This document shows positions 29,113 through 40,215 of a stretch of DNA of 64,000 nt, one piece after another. Each line of letters begins with the position of its first letter. Within the stretch, counting starts at the first letter, position 1. The stretch spans positions 10,550-74,549 of the forward strand of contig SXLB01000018.1 of the NCBI GenBank assembly GCA_005777825.1, read 5' to 3'. This DNA is from Methylotenera sp. (GTDB taxonomy: Bacteria > Pseudomonadota > Gammaproteobacteria > Burkholderiales > Methylophilaceae). The notes under the pieces are model-generated. The model searched no databases. It saw only the letters and a program-made list of their open reading frames with translations, and was not told where the DNA came from. Position numbers and translations under genes: made by a program.

Positions 29113-31038
29113 ATGCCTTTTATTACCTTAGATAACGCCTCCCTTGCTTTTGGTCATCACGCCCTACTTGATCACGCTGCCTTTCAACTGGACGCAGGCG
29201 AACGAGTGGGCTTAATTGGTCGCAACGGCGCCGGCAAATCCAGCTTATTGAAAGCCATAGCCGGCACCATCAAATTGGATGAAGGCAACGTTTGGCGCGC
29301 ACCCAATGCCCGCGTAGTTTACGTGCCACAAGAACCGGAATTGAACACCGCGCACACGGTATTTGAAGCGGTGGCAGAAGGCTTGGGCGCCTTGCAACAA
29401 ACCATCATTGATTACCATCAAGTGACCCACGACATGGGCATGCCTGAAGCCGACATCGACGCCTTGATGACTAAGATGCAGCATTTGCAACACGAATTGG
29501 ACATGCAAAACGGTTGGGCGGCGCAATCGCGTGTAGAAACGGTATTAAGCCGTTTGAAGCTCGATGCCGACGCCTTGATTTCCACCCTATCCGGCGGTTG
29601 GCGCAAACGCGTGGCCCTGGGGCGCGCTCTGGTAGCCGAACCCGAAGTGCTATTGCTGGACGAGCCGACCAACCATTTGGATTTAGAGGCCATACAGTGG
29701 TTAGAAGACTTGTTGTTAAGTTTCACCGGCAGCGTGTTATTCATCACCCACGATCGCCGCTTCCTGGATAGCTTGGCTACCCGCATTACCGAGCTAGATC
29801 GCGGCATATTGACGGATTTTGTCGGCAACTTTAGCCAATATCAAATTAAAAAAGAAGAATTGATCGCCGTGGAAGAAACCCACGCGGCTAAATTTGACAA
29901 ATTCTTAGCTCAAGAAGAAGTCTGGATACGCCAAGGCATTAAGGCCAGACGCACACGCAATGAGGGCCGCGTGCGCAGATTGGAAGCGCTGCGCTTAGAC
30001 CGTGCGGCACGCCGTGAACGCCAAGGCAACGTCAAACTGAATTTGGATGCCGGTGAACGCAGCGGCAAATTGGTCGCCGAACTAGACAATGTCAGCAAAG
30101 CATACGGTGATAGAACCCTGATAAGCCACTTCAGCACACGGATTTTGCGTGGCGACAAGATAGGCTTACTTGGCCCTAACGGCATAGGCAAGACCACCCT
30201 GCTTAAATTAATACTAGGCGACATCGAGGCCGACAGCGGCAAAATTGAACGCGGCACCAAAATCAATGTGGCGTATTTTGATCAAATGCGTGAGCAATTG
30301 GATGAAGAAGCCACCTTGGCCGACACCATCAGTCCGGGCTCGGATTTTGTCGAAATAGGCAACGAACGCAAGCACGTCATCAGCTATTTGGAAGACTTTT
30401 TATTTCCGCCGCAACGCTCACGCTCCCCAGTTAAATCCTTATCCGGCGGCGAACGCAACCGTTTGCTACTGGCTCGATTGTTCGCACGGCCGGCCAATGT
30501 CTTGGTGTTGGACGAACCAACCAACGACTTGGACATCGACACCTTAGAGCTATTGGAAAGCCTGTTGCAAGATTTTACTGGCACGCTATTTCTAGTCAGC
30601 CATGATCGGGCGTTTCTAGAAAACACCGTCACGCAAGTGATTGCCTTTGAAGGCAATGGCATATTAACCGAATTCGGCGGCGGCTTTGACGACTGGCAAC
30701 GCTTTAGCCTACAACGGGCTCAAGCCAATCGAGCAGAAGACAAACGCCTCAGCGAATTGGCGCAGGCGGCCAAACCGCAAAACAAACCGGCAGCCGTGAA
30801 AGCTGCCAGCAAACTCAGCTTTAAGGAGGAAAAAGAGCTGGCCGACATCCCCTTGAGCATAGAACAATTTGAAACGGAACAAGCCGAGATTAATACGCAA
30901 TTGGCTGACAGCGAGATATACAAAACGCAGGCAGCCTTGGTTAAAACCTTGCAAGCGCGCTTAGTTGAAATAGACAGCCTATTGGAAGCCTTGCTCGCCC
31001 GGTGGGAAGTGCTGGATGCCAAGCAAGCTAATGCCTAG
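29113..31038 (+). CDS. uup: ABC-F family ATPase Uup
   Basis: Two ABC domains with linker 'QEEVWIRQGIKARRTRNEGRVRRL'; C-terminal 'KLSFKE' coiled coil. Confidence 0.93.
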   Translation: MPFITLDNASLAFGHHALLDHAAFQLDAGERVGLIGRNGAGKSSLLKAIAGTIKLDEGNVWRAPNARVVYVPQEPELNTAHTVFEAVAEGLGALQQTIIDYHQVTHDMGMPEADIDALMTKMQHLQHELDMQNGWAAQSRVETVLSRLKLDADALISTLSGGWRKRVALGRALVAEPEVLLLDEPTNHLDLEAIQWLEDLLLSFTGSVLFITHDRRFLDSLATRITELDRGILTDFVGNFSQYQIKKEELIAVEETHAAKFDKFLAQEEVWIRQGIKARRTRNEGRVRRLEALRLDRAARRERQGNVKLNLDAGERSGKLVAELDNVSKAYGDRTLISHFSTRILRGDKIGLLGPNGIGKTTLLKLILGDIEADSGKIERGTKINVAYFDQMREQLDEEATLADTISPGSDFVEIGNERKHVISYLEDFLFPPQRSRSPVKSLSGGERNRLLLARLFARPANVLVLDEPTNDLDIDTLELLESLLQDFTGTLFLVSHDRAFLENTVTQVIAFEGNGILTEFGGGFDDWQRFSLQRAQANRAEDKRLSELAQAAKPQNKPAAVKAASKLSFKEEKELADIPLSIEQFETEQAEINTQLADSEIYKTQAALVKTLQARLVEIDSLLEALLARWEVLDAKQANA

Positions 31039-31054
31039 CCCCATCAATCTAAAC

Positions 31055-31789
31055 TTAGCTTAATAGCAGTTTTAAACCGGCAATCAATAACACCAAGGCC
31101 AACAGCTTTTTTATGCCATGAGGCGGAAGGCGTCGACTGCCAAAATAGGCACCTACCATTCCACCTAATGCAGCGGCAATAAGCAAGGGAACAAGGAAGG
31201 ATGGCAAGGCTTTGGTGGCACTAACATTGCCAGCCAGGCCAGCAATCGAATTGAGTAGGACAAACAATGCGGAAACAGCCGCTGCCCGCTTGGCATCCGC
31301 CCAGCCCATCAAGAGTAATAATGGCGTTAAAAAAATGCCGCCGCCGGTGCCAGTCAATCCAGATAAAAAACCTATGCCCGCCCCAGCAACCAAAGCCTGA
31401 GCGCGAGGTGGTTCATGTATTTGCGTGCTTTGTTTAGATTGCACAAAAAACCGCATAGCCGAGTACAGCAAGACCATGCCTAAAAGCATTTTAAATAGCT
31501 GGGTAGGTAAATTAAGCTGCCCACCAACAAAGGCACAAGGCACAGCAAAGGCCGCAAAAGGCCAAAATAGCGACCAGGAAAAATGCCCGGCTCTATAAAA
31601 TTGCCATGTGGCAATTGTTCCCACCAAGATATTCAAAGATAAGGCGGTCGGCTTAATCACATCCGGTGCCAATGACAACAAGGACATGACTGCAATGTAT
31701 CCGGATGCGCCAGCGTGCCCCACAGAGGAGTAAAGCATGGCGATAAGAAAAACAGCCAAAATAAGCAAGTATAAAAATTCAACCGTCAA
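31055..31789 (-). CDS. Sulfite exporter TauE/SafE family membrane protein
   Basis: 'YSSVGHAGASGY', 'SGLTGTGGGIFLTP'; about 8 TMs. Confidence 0.88.
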   Translation of the reverse strand: MTVEFLYLLILAVFLIAMLYSSVGHAGASGYIAVMSLLSLAPDVIKPTALSLNILVGTIATWQFYRAGHFSWSLFWPFAAFAVPCAFVGGQLNLPTQLFKMLLGMVLLYSAMRFFVQSKQSTQIHEPPRAQALVAGAGIGFLSGLTGTGGGIFLTPLLLLMGWADAKRAAAVSALFVLLNSIAGLAGNVSATKALPSFLVPLLIAAALGGMVGAYFGSRRLPPHGIKKLLALVLLIAGLKLLLS

Positions 31790-31838
31790 TTTTTAAAGCT
31801 CCGATACTGAGTCTATAGAAATTATTAGAATGCATGAT

Positions 31839-31914
31839 TGGTGCCCCCGACACGAATCGAACGTGTGACCCTCCCCTTAGGAGGGGGATGCTCTATCCAC
31901 TGAGCTACGGGGGC
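31839..31914 (-). tRNA. tRNA-Arg (anticodon CCT)
   Basis: Minus strand GCCCCCG-TA-GCTCAGTGGATAGAGC-A-TCCCC-CT-CCT-AA-GGGGA-GGGTC-ACACG-TTCGATT-CGTGT-CGGGGGC-A-CCA; complete 76-nt cloverleaf with encoded CCA. Confidence 0.97.
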
Positions 31915-31993
31915 ATGGCCTTAAGCTATGCGCATTGTAGAGAAGTCAAAATCTGCGCACAAGGTAAATCATGCTATTACTGGGCGCACGACT

Positions 31994-34368
31994 TTATTTG
32001 ATGCACACGGCGCGCACTTGATGCATGTCGGTTAAGCCTAGCAAGACTTTCTCTATGCCATCTTGCTTCAAAGTGCGCATGCCTTCATCTAGGGCGGTTG
32101 CAACGATGTCAGCCACCCTAGCGCGTTCTTGTATGTTCTTTTTAACGGCCTCGCTGCCTAGCATCAATTCGTGCAAACCCAACCTGCCCTTATAGCCTGT
32201 GCCATTGCATTTGTCGCAGCCGCATGGTCGGTATAAGGTGAATTGCCGCTGCCCGTCTGCGTAGGCTTTTTGCCAACTGGCTAATACAGCTTGCTCGCTG
32301 GCCTGCGGATCGCGTTGCCATGCCGCTGTGTTTTTCAACTCTTCACTGTATTCCTGCAGCAATAGTTGCATTTCATCCAGCGAGGCCTGGTAAGGCTGTT
32401 TGCACTCACACAAGCGCTTAGCTAAACGTTGAGCCAATATGCCTAATAGTGCATCGGCAAAGTTGAATGGATCCATGCCCATGTCCAACAAGCGCACGAC
32501 CGATTCGGGCGCGCTATTGGTGTGCAAGGTGGCAAACACCAAATGCCCTGTTAGGGAGGCCTCAATGCCGGTGGAGACTGTCTCCTTATCACGCATTTCG
32601 CCTACCATGATGACATCCGGGTCCGCGCGTAAAAAAGCCCGCATGATGGTGGCAAAATCCAGCCCGGCTTTTTTATTAATTTGCACTTGGCGCAAGCCTT
32701 TTTGCGTGATCTCCACTGGGTCTTCGGCCGTCCAAATTTTGGTTTCCGGTGTGTTGATGTAGCCCAAGGCAGAATGCAAGGTGGTGGTTTTGCCTGAGCC
32801 GGTTGGGCCGCAAACAAAAAACAAGCCGTAAGGTTTACTTATCACGCTTTTGAGCTGTTGATTATTCCAATCGGATAAGCCCAACTCGTCCAACGGGATG
32901 GGTTTACCCGCCGACAAAATACGCATGACGATGTCTTCCATGCCGCCTGCAGAGGGGATGGCAGCCACCCGCAACTCGATGTCCAGCGGTCCGTATTTTT
33001 TAATTTCATCTTGCCATCTTGCGGCCTGCGCTTCTCGGATATATCCAAGTCGCACATGATTTTTATGCGTGCACACAGGGCGTTACGGTAGCTGGCTGGC
33101 ACCTCTATGTAATTGACCAATGTGCCGTCTTTACGAAAACGAATTTGCGTTTTGCCTTTTTCCGGATAGGGTTCTATGTGGATATCGGACGCACCTTGGT
33201 TGTATGCATCGACCACGATCTTATTGACCAACTTAACCAATTCATTGTCCGTCGCCATGTTCACTTCATCGGCACTCAGGCTGCTTGGCTCTTCCTCATC
33301 GGCCATTTCCGACAACAGATCGCCGACAAAGCCACTGGTGCCGTTACTGCCATAAAACTGCTCAACCGTTAGTGTAAAGTCTTGCTGCAAACAAACGCAG
33401 TACCGGATGTTGGGATAACGTGGCAAAACGTGGCTGACAATGCCGCTGCTTTTAATTCTCTCTGGGTCCGGCGTCAGAATCACCAGGCTATCTTGATTGC
33501 CTAGTGATATTGGTAACCAAGCGTTGGCTTCAACGTATTCCTGTTTGAGCTGCTTAAGCAAATCAACCGGCTTGGGGCGATCGGCTTGGTATGGCTCATA
33601 CGGCACATTAAAAAATTCGGCTAAAGCCCCCCCTATGTGGCGTGCCTGCACTTGGTAGTCGGCGATTAATACCGACTCCAAATCGCTGCCTTGGCTACGC
33701 GCCAAACGTTGGGCGCTGGCTAAGTCCTCTGGGCTAAGGTGGCCGGCGGCCACCAAACCATCATACTTACTCTTGATCAAGGGCATGGCTTGGCGTTGAT
33801 CAAAAGCGATGGCTAGGGTTTTTGCTAGCTCAGGCGCGCCCTCTTCTAATAAACGGGAGAATGGCAAGCCGGATAAACTGTTAATTAATTGCACCACGCC
33901 TATCAAACGCCCGTCGTCCGCGGACAATATTGGAAACACCAACATTTGCTTAGCGTGAAAACCGGTTTTTAAATCGACTTCCTTTAGAAATTGGATGGAC
34001 GGACTGATGGCCAATAACTCGGCATCATCGTAAACATCGGCGATGTTTAGCAAACATTTATTGAGCGCCACGTAACCGGCTATGCTGGTTTGTGTGATGG
34101 CCAATTTCAGTTCTTTGAACTGGTTGAGACCGGTTTTTATTTTAGAGACGATGGCCTTACCGTCATCGCTTTGCAGGTATAGCGTAATGCGCTCTGCCGC
34201 AAACAAATCGCATATCTCGCTGCTGACTTCGGTTAAAATCTCATCTATGCACTTGGCCGCGTGTATTTTATTGGTGGTGTTTTGCAGCTTTTTGCTAAAC
34301 GCCAGTCGGTTGCCGATGTCGGCCATACCGGCTGCTTGCTGGTCTAATGATGTCGTGCTCATGCGCAT
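31994..34368 (-). pseudogene. GAF-domain GspE/PilB-family ATPase split by a 1-nt frameshift at about 33000 (ORFs 32842-34368 and 31994-33076)
   Basis: Upstream ORF has a GAF domain plus 'ASDIHIEP..RFRKDG..RIKIMCDLDISEKRRPQDGKMK'; downstream frame continues 'KKYGPLDIELRVA', Walker A 'GPTGSGKTTT', 'EDPVE', 'LRADPDVIMVGEMRD', 'TLHTN'; junction is an A6 run. Confidence 0.8.
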
Positions 34369-34422
34369 TTATCCTTAATGTTTTTATTGGCTGTTTTGCA
34401 GCCAAGCCTTACACTGACCATC

Positions 34423-34665
34423 ATGAAACCCTGCCCTAGCAATCAAATTAACAACCCGCTACATGGCATTACCCTAGCCACTATGCTATGCCAACTGATT
34501 GAAAATTATGGCTACCCGGGTTTAGCCACCCGCATACCGGTGCGCTGTTTTACTCACGAGCCCAGCCTGGCTTCCAGCCTAAAATTCCTGCGTAAAACCC
34601 CATGGGCCAGGGCTAAAGTCGAATCACTCTATCTCTCTACCCTAACTACACAAAACCAAGCTTAA
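34423..34665 (+). CDS. VF530/DUF2132-family small DNA-binding protein
   Basis: 'NNPLHGITL', 'CF...PS..SSLKFLRKTPWARAKVE.LYL'. Confidence 0.88.
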   Translation: MKPCPSNQINNPLHGITLATMLCQLIENYGYPGLATRIPVRCFTHEPSLASSLKFLRKTPWARAKVESLYLSTLTTQNQA

Positions 34666-35600
34666 TGCTGGCTGTAAGCCTTGGCCAACATGGCAGCCCC
34701 TAGCATGCCAGCTTGATCGCCCAATTCAGACAAATGCAGGCTAATTTTGCCACGCAGCACCGGTATCAAATCCTCGTCCAATTGCTGAGTGAACGCGTCT
34801 GCCATCAATGGCCAGGCTGCTCGCATGCCCCCGCCTATCACCACTTGGCTGATGTCTAGCACTTTCAACACTTGCGCTAAGGCTTGGGCCAAGCTGCTGC
34901 CCGCTATGGCGTAAGCATGCTTAGCGGCTTGATTGCCTGCCTGCGCCAATTCCGCAATGGTCTGCGCACTCTCATGCCGGCCGTTGGACTCAAAAAACGT
35001 TAGGCTAACACCGCTCGCCGAAGCGTATTGCTCCATACAGCCACGGTTACCGCAACCACACAAACGGCCTTGCGGCTGAATAATGACGTGCCCCACTTCC
35101 ATGGCTACGCCGTGTTGACCGGCCACGGCTCGCTGATCCAGTATCATGCCGCCGCCCACCCCGGTGCCTAGGCCCAGATAAATCAAGCTGTTCATTTGCT
35201 GGGCCCGCAAGGCATATTCGCCGTAAGCTGCGGCCAAGGCATCGTTGACCGTCCACACTGGCAAAGCAATTAATCGGCTTAAATCAGCCGACAAATCAAC
35301 TTGATGCAAACCCGGCAAATTAGGCGAAGCCAGTATTTTTTGGCTGTCTGGATCAATAAAACCGGGAAAGCCTATGCCCACGCCCACTACTGCTGAATAT
35401 TGCTGGCGCACCTTGGCAATGGCTTGCGCTAGCGTGCTGACTATTTGCTGCCATGCTTGCTCGGGCGCGTCTTTGTGCGCCATGCACAGTTTGCTGAAGT
35501 CCGCCTGAAAACGCATTTCTTCTAGCAGCTTGGGCGAGCCTTCGTCGGCAAACACGCCTAAACGCAAGTTAGTACCCCCTATGTCCATGCCTATCCACAT
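34662..35600 (-). CDS. ROK-family sugar kinase (probable glucokinase)
   Basis: 'GMDIGGTN', 'NDALAAAYGE', 'LGTGVGGG', 'EVGH', 'CGCGNRGCMEQYAS'. Confidence 0.88.
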   Translation of the reverse strand: MWIGMDIGGTNLRLGVFADEGSPKLLEEMRFQADFSKLCMAHKDAPEQAWQQIVSTLAQAIAKVRQQYSAVVGVGIGFPGFIDPDSQKILASPNLPGLHQVDLSADLSRLIALPVWTVNDALAAAYGEYALRAQQMNSLIYLGLGTGVGGGMILDQRAVAGQHGVAMEVGHVIIQPQGRLCGCGNRGCMEQYASASGVSLTFFESNGRHESAQTIAELAQAGNQAAKHAYAIAGSSLAQALAQVLKVLDISQVVIGGGMRAAWPLMADAFTQQLDEDLIPVLRGKISLHLSELGDQAGMLGAAMLAKAYSQH

Positions 35601-35604
35601 GATT

Positions 35605-37092
35605 TTAAGCCCGCCCACTTTCGCTGACGACACCGGCAAATTGGGCCCGCATGCTATCCGTAAGCTGTGTCCAATTAAAACGCCAATGCCAGTTGCCGCT
35701 GGCCGTGCCTGGCGTGTTCATCCTGTGCTGGCCATCCAATTCCAATACATCTTGCATGGGCACCACGGCCAACAAGGCCTTACAGTGCATGGCCATGCTA
35801 ATCAAATCCATGGGCATGTTAGGCTCATGCGCCTCGCCTAAATGTGCCGCTAAGTGCGCATGCAGATGCTGCAGTTGCGCTTCATCCAAGGCCTTATACC
35901 AACCAAGACTGGTGTCATTGTCGTGCGTACCGGTGTAGGCCACACTGTTTTCTTCTATATTTTCCGGCAAATAAGGGTTGTCGCTGTCGCCACCAAAGGC
36001 AAAATGCAAAATCTTCATGCCAGGCAATTGAAAGTGCAGACGTAAATGATTCACTTCATCGGTGATGATGCCCAAATCCTCAGCAACCAAACAAATATTG
36101 GGCAAGGCTTGCTTGATAGCCGTCAGCAAGGCCACCCCTGGCGCTAATTCCCAACGGCCATTAATGGCCGTGGCCTCATCCACCGGGATCTCCCATGCCG
36201 CTTGCAAGCCTCTAAAGTGGTCTATGCGCACCACATCGAATAAGGCATGTTGCGTTGCCATGCGTGCTATCCACCAGGCATAGTGGTCGCTTGCCATGGC
36301 TTGCCAATCGTAATGTGGGTTACCCCAACGTTGGCCGGTAGCTGAAAAATAATCTGGCGGCACACCTGCTACCACCGCCATATTTTTATTGGCATCCAAT
36401 TTAAACAAATGCGCTTTAGCCCAAACGTCTGCGCTATCGTATGCCACAAAAATTGGGATATCCCCAAATAAACACACGTTTTTTGATGTGGCATAGCCCT
36501 TGAGCTTTTGCCACTGACTAAAGAACAAGTATTGGGCAAATTCATTCTCGGCTATTTCTTTAGCCAAATCCAGGCGCGCCTGATTTAAGGTGGCCGCATC
36601 ACGGTTTTTATAAGGGGCTGGCCACTGATGCCAAGCCTGCTGTTTAAAGTGCTGCCGTAGGGCTAAAAATAGCGAAAAATCCGCTAACCAATAGGCGTGT
36701 TGTTGGCAAAACTCGGCATACGCCTGCTGCATGCCAGCCTGATTAATGCGGGCATAGGCCTGATAAGCTTTAGACAATAGGGCCGGTCTGCTTAAGCGCC
36801 CTTGAAGATCGGCTACACTCAACAATTCATCAGCCACTAGCGCAGACAAATCTATAAAATCGGTATTGCCGGCAAAGGCAGACAGGCACTGATAGGGAGA
36901 ATTATCGGCATGCGGCATATTGATAGGCAAGGTTTGCCAAACGCTGGCACCAACGGCTTGCAAGAAATCAACAAATCGGTAAGCGTCCTCACCCAAATTA
37001 CCTACCGAGTTAGGGCCAGGTAAGGAGCTGATGTGCAGCAACACCCCGGCACGGCGTTTATTTAGGGGGGCGCTGTAGTGTGTATCTGCCAT
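35605..37092 (-). CDS. malQ: 4-alpha-glucanotransferase (amylomaltase, GH77)
   Basis: 'GVLLHISSLP', 'GDIPIFVA.DSAD', 'GVPPDYFS.TGQRWGNP', 'RIDHFRG', 'AEDLG', 'YTGTHDN', 'RMNTPG'. Confidence 0.95.
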   Translation of the reverse strand: MADTHYSAPLNKRRAGVLLHISSLPGPNSVGNLGEDAYRFVDFLQAVGASVWQTLPINMPHADNSPYQCLSAFAGNTDFIDLSALVADELLSVADLQGRLSRPALLSKAYQAYARINQAGMQQAYAEFCQQHAYWLADFSLFLALRQHFKQQAWHQWPAPYKNRDAATLNQARLDLAKEIAENEFAQYLFFSQWQKLKGYATSKNVCLFGDIPIFVAYDSADVWAKAHLFKLDANKNMAVVAGVPPDYFSATGQRWGNPHYDWQAMASDHYAWWIARMATQHALFDVVRIDHFRGLQAAWEIPVDEATAINGRWELAPGVALLTAIKQALPNICLVAEDLGIITDEVNHLRLHFQLPGMKILHFAFGGDSDNPYLPENIEENSVAYTGTHDNDTSLGWYKALDEAQLQHLHAHLAAHLGEAHEPNMPMDLISMAMHCKALLAVVPMQDVLELDGQHRMNTPGTASGNWHWRFNWTQLTDSMRAQFAGVVSESGRA

Positions 37093-37126
37093 GAATGCCT
37101 ATGCCCAATCGCTATGCCGCAGGCGA

Positions 37127-38866
37127 TTAGGCTTGACCTCTACGCATGGTGCCGGCATTGTCCGCATGGCCACCACCGCTACTGATGCTGGTATGCAAGG
37201 CTTTAGGAACGGGCTGTTGCAATAAAGCGTATAAATTCATCAAATTGCGGCGATAAAGCTGATCAAAACTGGCCACACTGTCGGACGAGTTGTAATCCCC
37301 AAACCACCAAAACCAATCCGACCCTTCGCATACAGACAACTGCCGTTCACAGGCGGCGATTTGCTTCGCGTTAAGCTTGTTCGCCGCAATCACGCTGTCG
37401 TAAGTTTTCTTGGCTTCGCACAACAAATCCCAAGCCAAGTTTTTGTCTTTACTGCCTATCCAGGTGCTAAACGTACCGTATACCCAGCTGCCTGCTGCTA
37501 TGTGCGGCAAGGCTGGTGCAGCGATAACGTCTGCTTTGCTAGCCTTGGCTTCAACCATGCTGACGATATCGCTGAAGGTGGTCATTTCGATATCGGGGTG
37601 GGCACTCAAGGCTTCGTATAACTCCGTTAAGAAATAGTAGCCGTTGTAAGGGTAATACTCCCATGCGTTTTCACCGTCCAAAATCACGCTGACTACTTTA
37701 GCTTGGGTGGGATCGCTGCTTTCCGCTTGATGAATGTGCTCTAAGCTGGCAATAAAATCTTGCACGGCATCCGGCGTGTGCATTTTTGCGTATTCAAAGC
37801 CTATCTTATCGGACAGGTTGTCATCCCTAAAAAAGCACAACAAGCTCTGCTTGCCATTGCTGACGCGATAGGGTTGATAGAGGTAATCGTTTTTGTCATC
37901 CACGCTTAACTGTGATTTTAATAAACTGTTGACCAACACCGACTGACCGGTCGCCGCCCATGCCACACCTTGTTCCGCCATCAAAGATAAAGCGGCTTCA
38001 GACACGCTACCTTCAGCTGGCCACATACCGCGCGGCGCTTCATTAAAAATAGATTCGTGGTAAGCCTTGGCTGCCGTTACATGCGCAATAGCACGGCTTA
38101 GTCCACCTGCATACTTGCTGTATTTGGGCAAAGGCGCGTAAGGCATGGCGTCCAGCGTCGTTTTAAAATCCAACAACAAGGGCAAGATTGGATGGTAATA
38201 AGGTGTACTGGAAATCTCAATTTGCTTGCGCTGCAGCAAGGCTTTGTAGCGAGGGATCAGACCGGCTATGGTGTCGGCAATAACGGCAAAAAGTTGCTGC
38301 CTATCGCTCAGGCTAAACAGCACGCCTTTAGCCATCAAGTCTTGTACGACTTTATTGTTCCTACGTAAGCTTTCACCGCACCAGGCTAAGTGATACCAAA
38401 CCAGCAAATCGGCTTTGTATTGACCGGACAAATAGCGAAATTGATCCTGGCAGCCGGTCTGCTCGACTTGTTGGTATATGCTCAATAAACGCTGGTAGTG
38501 CGGAAAGGGGCTGAGCATTTTTTCATGGTGGCTTTTGAAACAGCTTTCAACCACCAATTGGCATTCCGCCTCACTCAAGCTCGACAAATCCTCATGCACC
38601 AGCAAAGCCAAGAGCGGATCACGCAGGCTGTTAGTGCTAAATTGCTCGGTGTAATCTTGCAACTGCTCGAGCAGGATCGGCACAAAATTAAAGCTGACCC
38701 GCGCTTTCGGATTCGCTTCTAGGTGATAAGCCATGTCACTGTAGTCTTTTATGGCATGCAAATAGGTCCAAGGCAATACGTATTCATTGCTAACGGTGTC
38801 GCGGTAATCCGGTTGATGCATGTGCCAATAAAGGTTGAGGTAGAGCTTAGGGCGGGTTGACTTCAA
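37127..38866 (-). CDS. Glycoside hydrolase family 57 (amylopullulanase/alpha-amylase-like)
   Basis: 'WHMHQP', 'PYYHPILPLL', 'WPAEG', 'ILDGENAWE', 'EGSDWFWW'; TTG start. Confidence 0.92.
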   Translation of the reverse strand: MKSTRPKLYLNLYWHMHQPDYRDTVSNEYVLPWTYLHAIKDYSDMAYHLEANPKARVSFNFVPILLEQLQDYTEQFSTNSLRDPLLALLVHEDLSSLSEAECQLVVESCFKSHHEKMLSPFPHYQRLLSIYQQVEQTGCQDQFRYLSGQYKADLLVWYHLAWCGESLRRNNKVVQDLMAKGVLFSLSDRQQLFAVIADTIAGLIPRYKALLQRKQIEISSTPYYHPILPLLLDFKTTLDAMPYAPLPKYSKYAGGLSRAIAHVTAAKAYHESIFNEAPRGMWPAEGSVSEAALSLMAEQGVAWAATGQSVLVNSLLKSQLSVDDKNDYLYQPYRVSNGKQSLLCFFRDDNLSDKIGFEYAKMHTPDAVQDFIASLEHIHQAESSDPTQAKVVSVILDGENAWEYYPYNGYYFLTELYEALSAHPDIEMTTFSDIVSMVEAKASKADVIAAPALPHIAAGSWVYGTFSTWIGSKDKNLAWDLLCEAKKTYDSVIAANKLNAKQIAACERQLSVCEGSDWFWWFGDYNSSDSVASFDQLYRRNLMNLYALLQQPVPKALHTSISSGGGHADNAGTMRRGQA

Positions 38867-38903
38867 TTAAACACAACTTTCATTAAACATTAAAAATACT
38901 TTA

Positions 38904-38916
38904 TAAGCTATTGATT
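38904..38916 (-). promoter_or_regulatory. IHF consensus match between glgC and the GH57 gene
   Basis: Minus strand AATCAA-TAGC-TTA equals WATCAANNNNTTR. Confidence 0.35.
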
Positions 38917-38922
38917 TATAGA

Positions 38923-40215
38923 TCAAACAACTCTGTATAAATCTTGCCCTAACATGTCCGGCGTCACCAAGGTGATGCCTTTTTCAGACACATAAAAACG
39001 TTTTGCATCCAAAGCTAAATCCACGCCTATCTGCATACCCTCAGGAATCACGCAGCCCCGGTCTATCACGGCATTTTTTAATACCACGTGGCGATTCACC
39101 GTAACTTTAGGCAAAATAACCGCGCCTTCAATCTTGCAATAACTGTGCACGCGCACGTCGGAAAACAACACCGAACTGTCTACCGTAGAACCACTGATTA
39201 AACAGCCACCGGAAACCAAGGAATCGGTCGCGCAACCGGCACGCCCCTCGTCATTAAAGACAAATTTAGCCGGTGGCAAGTGCTCTTGATAAGTCCAGAT
39301 TGGCCAATCCCTGTCGTATAGATTGAGCTCAGGAATCACCCGAGTTAACTCCATATTGGCTTCCCAATAGGCGTCTATGGTACCGACATCACGCCAGTAG
39401 TAATTACCATTTTTAGCGCCTACGCAGCTTTCAGTGAAGCGGTGTGCTTGAATTTTGTATTTTTGGATAATGTAAGGAATGATGTCGCCACCGAAATCGT
39501 GGCTGGATTTTGGGTCACCGGCGTCACGCACCAATTGCTCGTATAAAAATTTGGCGTTAAATATATAAATGCCCATGCTGGCAAACGCCTTAGTCGGATC
39601 GCCCGGCATGTGTTTAGGTGAAGCCGGCTTTTCAGCAAACTCCACCACCCTATCCGTCTCGTCTACCGCTAATACACCGAAACCCTTGGCGTCCTCCAAT
39701 GGGACGTTAATGCAGGCAACCGTCATGTCGGCGTTATTTTTCACATGGGTGGCGAGCATTCTGCCGTAATCCATCTTGTAGATATGATCGCCGGCCAATA
39801 TCAAGATGTAGTCGGCACCGCCTTCACGCAATAAATCCATATTTTGGTAGACCGCGTCGGCCGTACCTTTATACCAGTCCTCCGATATGCGTTGCTGCGC
39901 AGGAATAATGTTCACGTACTCATCGAACTCACCGCGCAAGAATCCCCAGCCGCGCTGCAAGTGTTGGATTAAACTTTGTGCCTTGTATTGCGTAGCCACA
40001 TTGACGCGGCGTATACCGGAATTAATGCAATTAGACAGAGGGAAGTCGATAATCCGGTATTTGCCGCCGAATTGCACAGCCGGCTTAGCGCGCCAATCGG
40101 TTAAGTTTTTTAAACGACTGCCGCGTCCACCAGCCAATATGATGGCTGCGGTGTGCTTGGTTAAGGTACTAATAAAACGGTCTGAATGTTGACTCATTTT
40201 TTGTGTATCCGTCAT
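38923..40215 (-). CDS. glgC: Glucose-1-phosphate adenylyltransferase
   Basis: '[27 protein letters not shown]', 'WYKGTADAV', 'GDHIYKMDY', 'YWRDVGT'; strong SD AGGAGG before ATG 40215. Confidence 0.97.
   Translation of the reverse strand: MTDTQKMSQHSDRFISTLTKHTAAIILAGGRGSRLKNLTDWRAKPAVQFGGKYRIIDFPLSNCINSGIRRVNVATQYKAQSLIQHLQRGWGFLRGEFDEYVNIIPAQQRISEDWYKGTADAVYQNMDLLREGGADYILILAGDHIYKMDYGRMLATHVKNNADMTVACINVPLEDAKGFGVLAVDETDRVVEFAEKPASPKHMPGDPTKAFASMGIYIFNAKFLYEQLVRDAGDPKSSHDFGGDIIPYIIQKYKIQAHRFTESCVGAKNGNYYWRDVGTIDAYWEANMELTRVIPELNLYDRDWPIWTYQEHLPPAKFVFNDEGRAGCATDSLVSGGCLISGSTVDSSVLFSDVRVHSYCKIEGAVILPKVTVNRHVVLKNAVIDRGCVIPEGMQIGVDLALDAKRFYVSEKGITLVTPDMLGQDLYRVV

Noticed and set aside
31055-31838. 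Genomic island integrated at the tRNA-Arg 3' end
   Set aside because: No integrase and no duplicated tRNA 3' fragment seen; only a single TauE gene lies between the tRNA and uup
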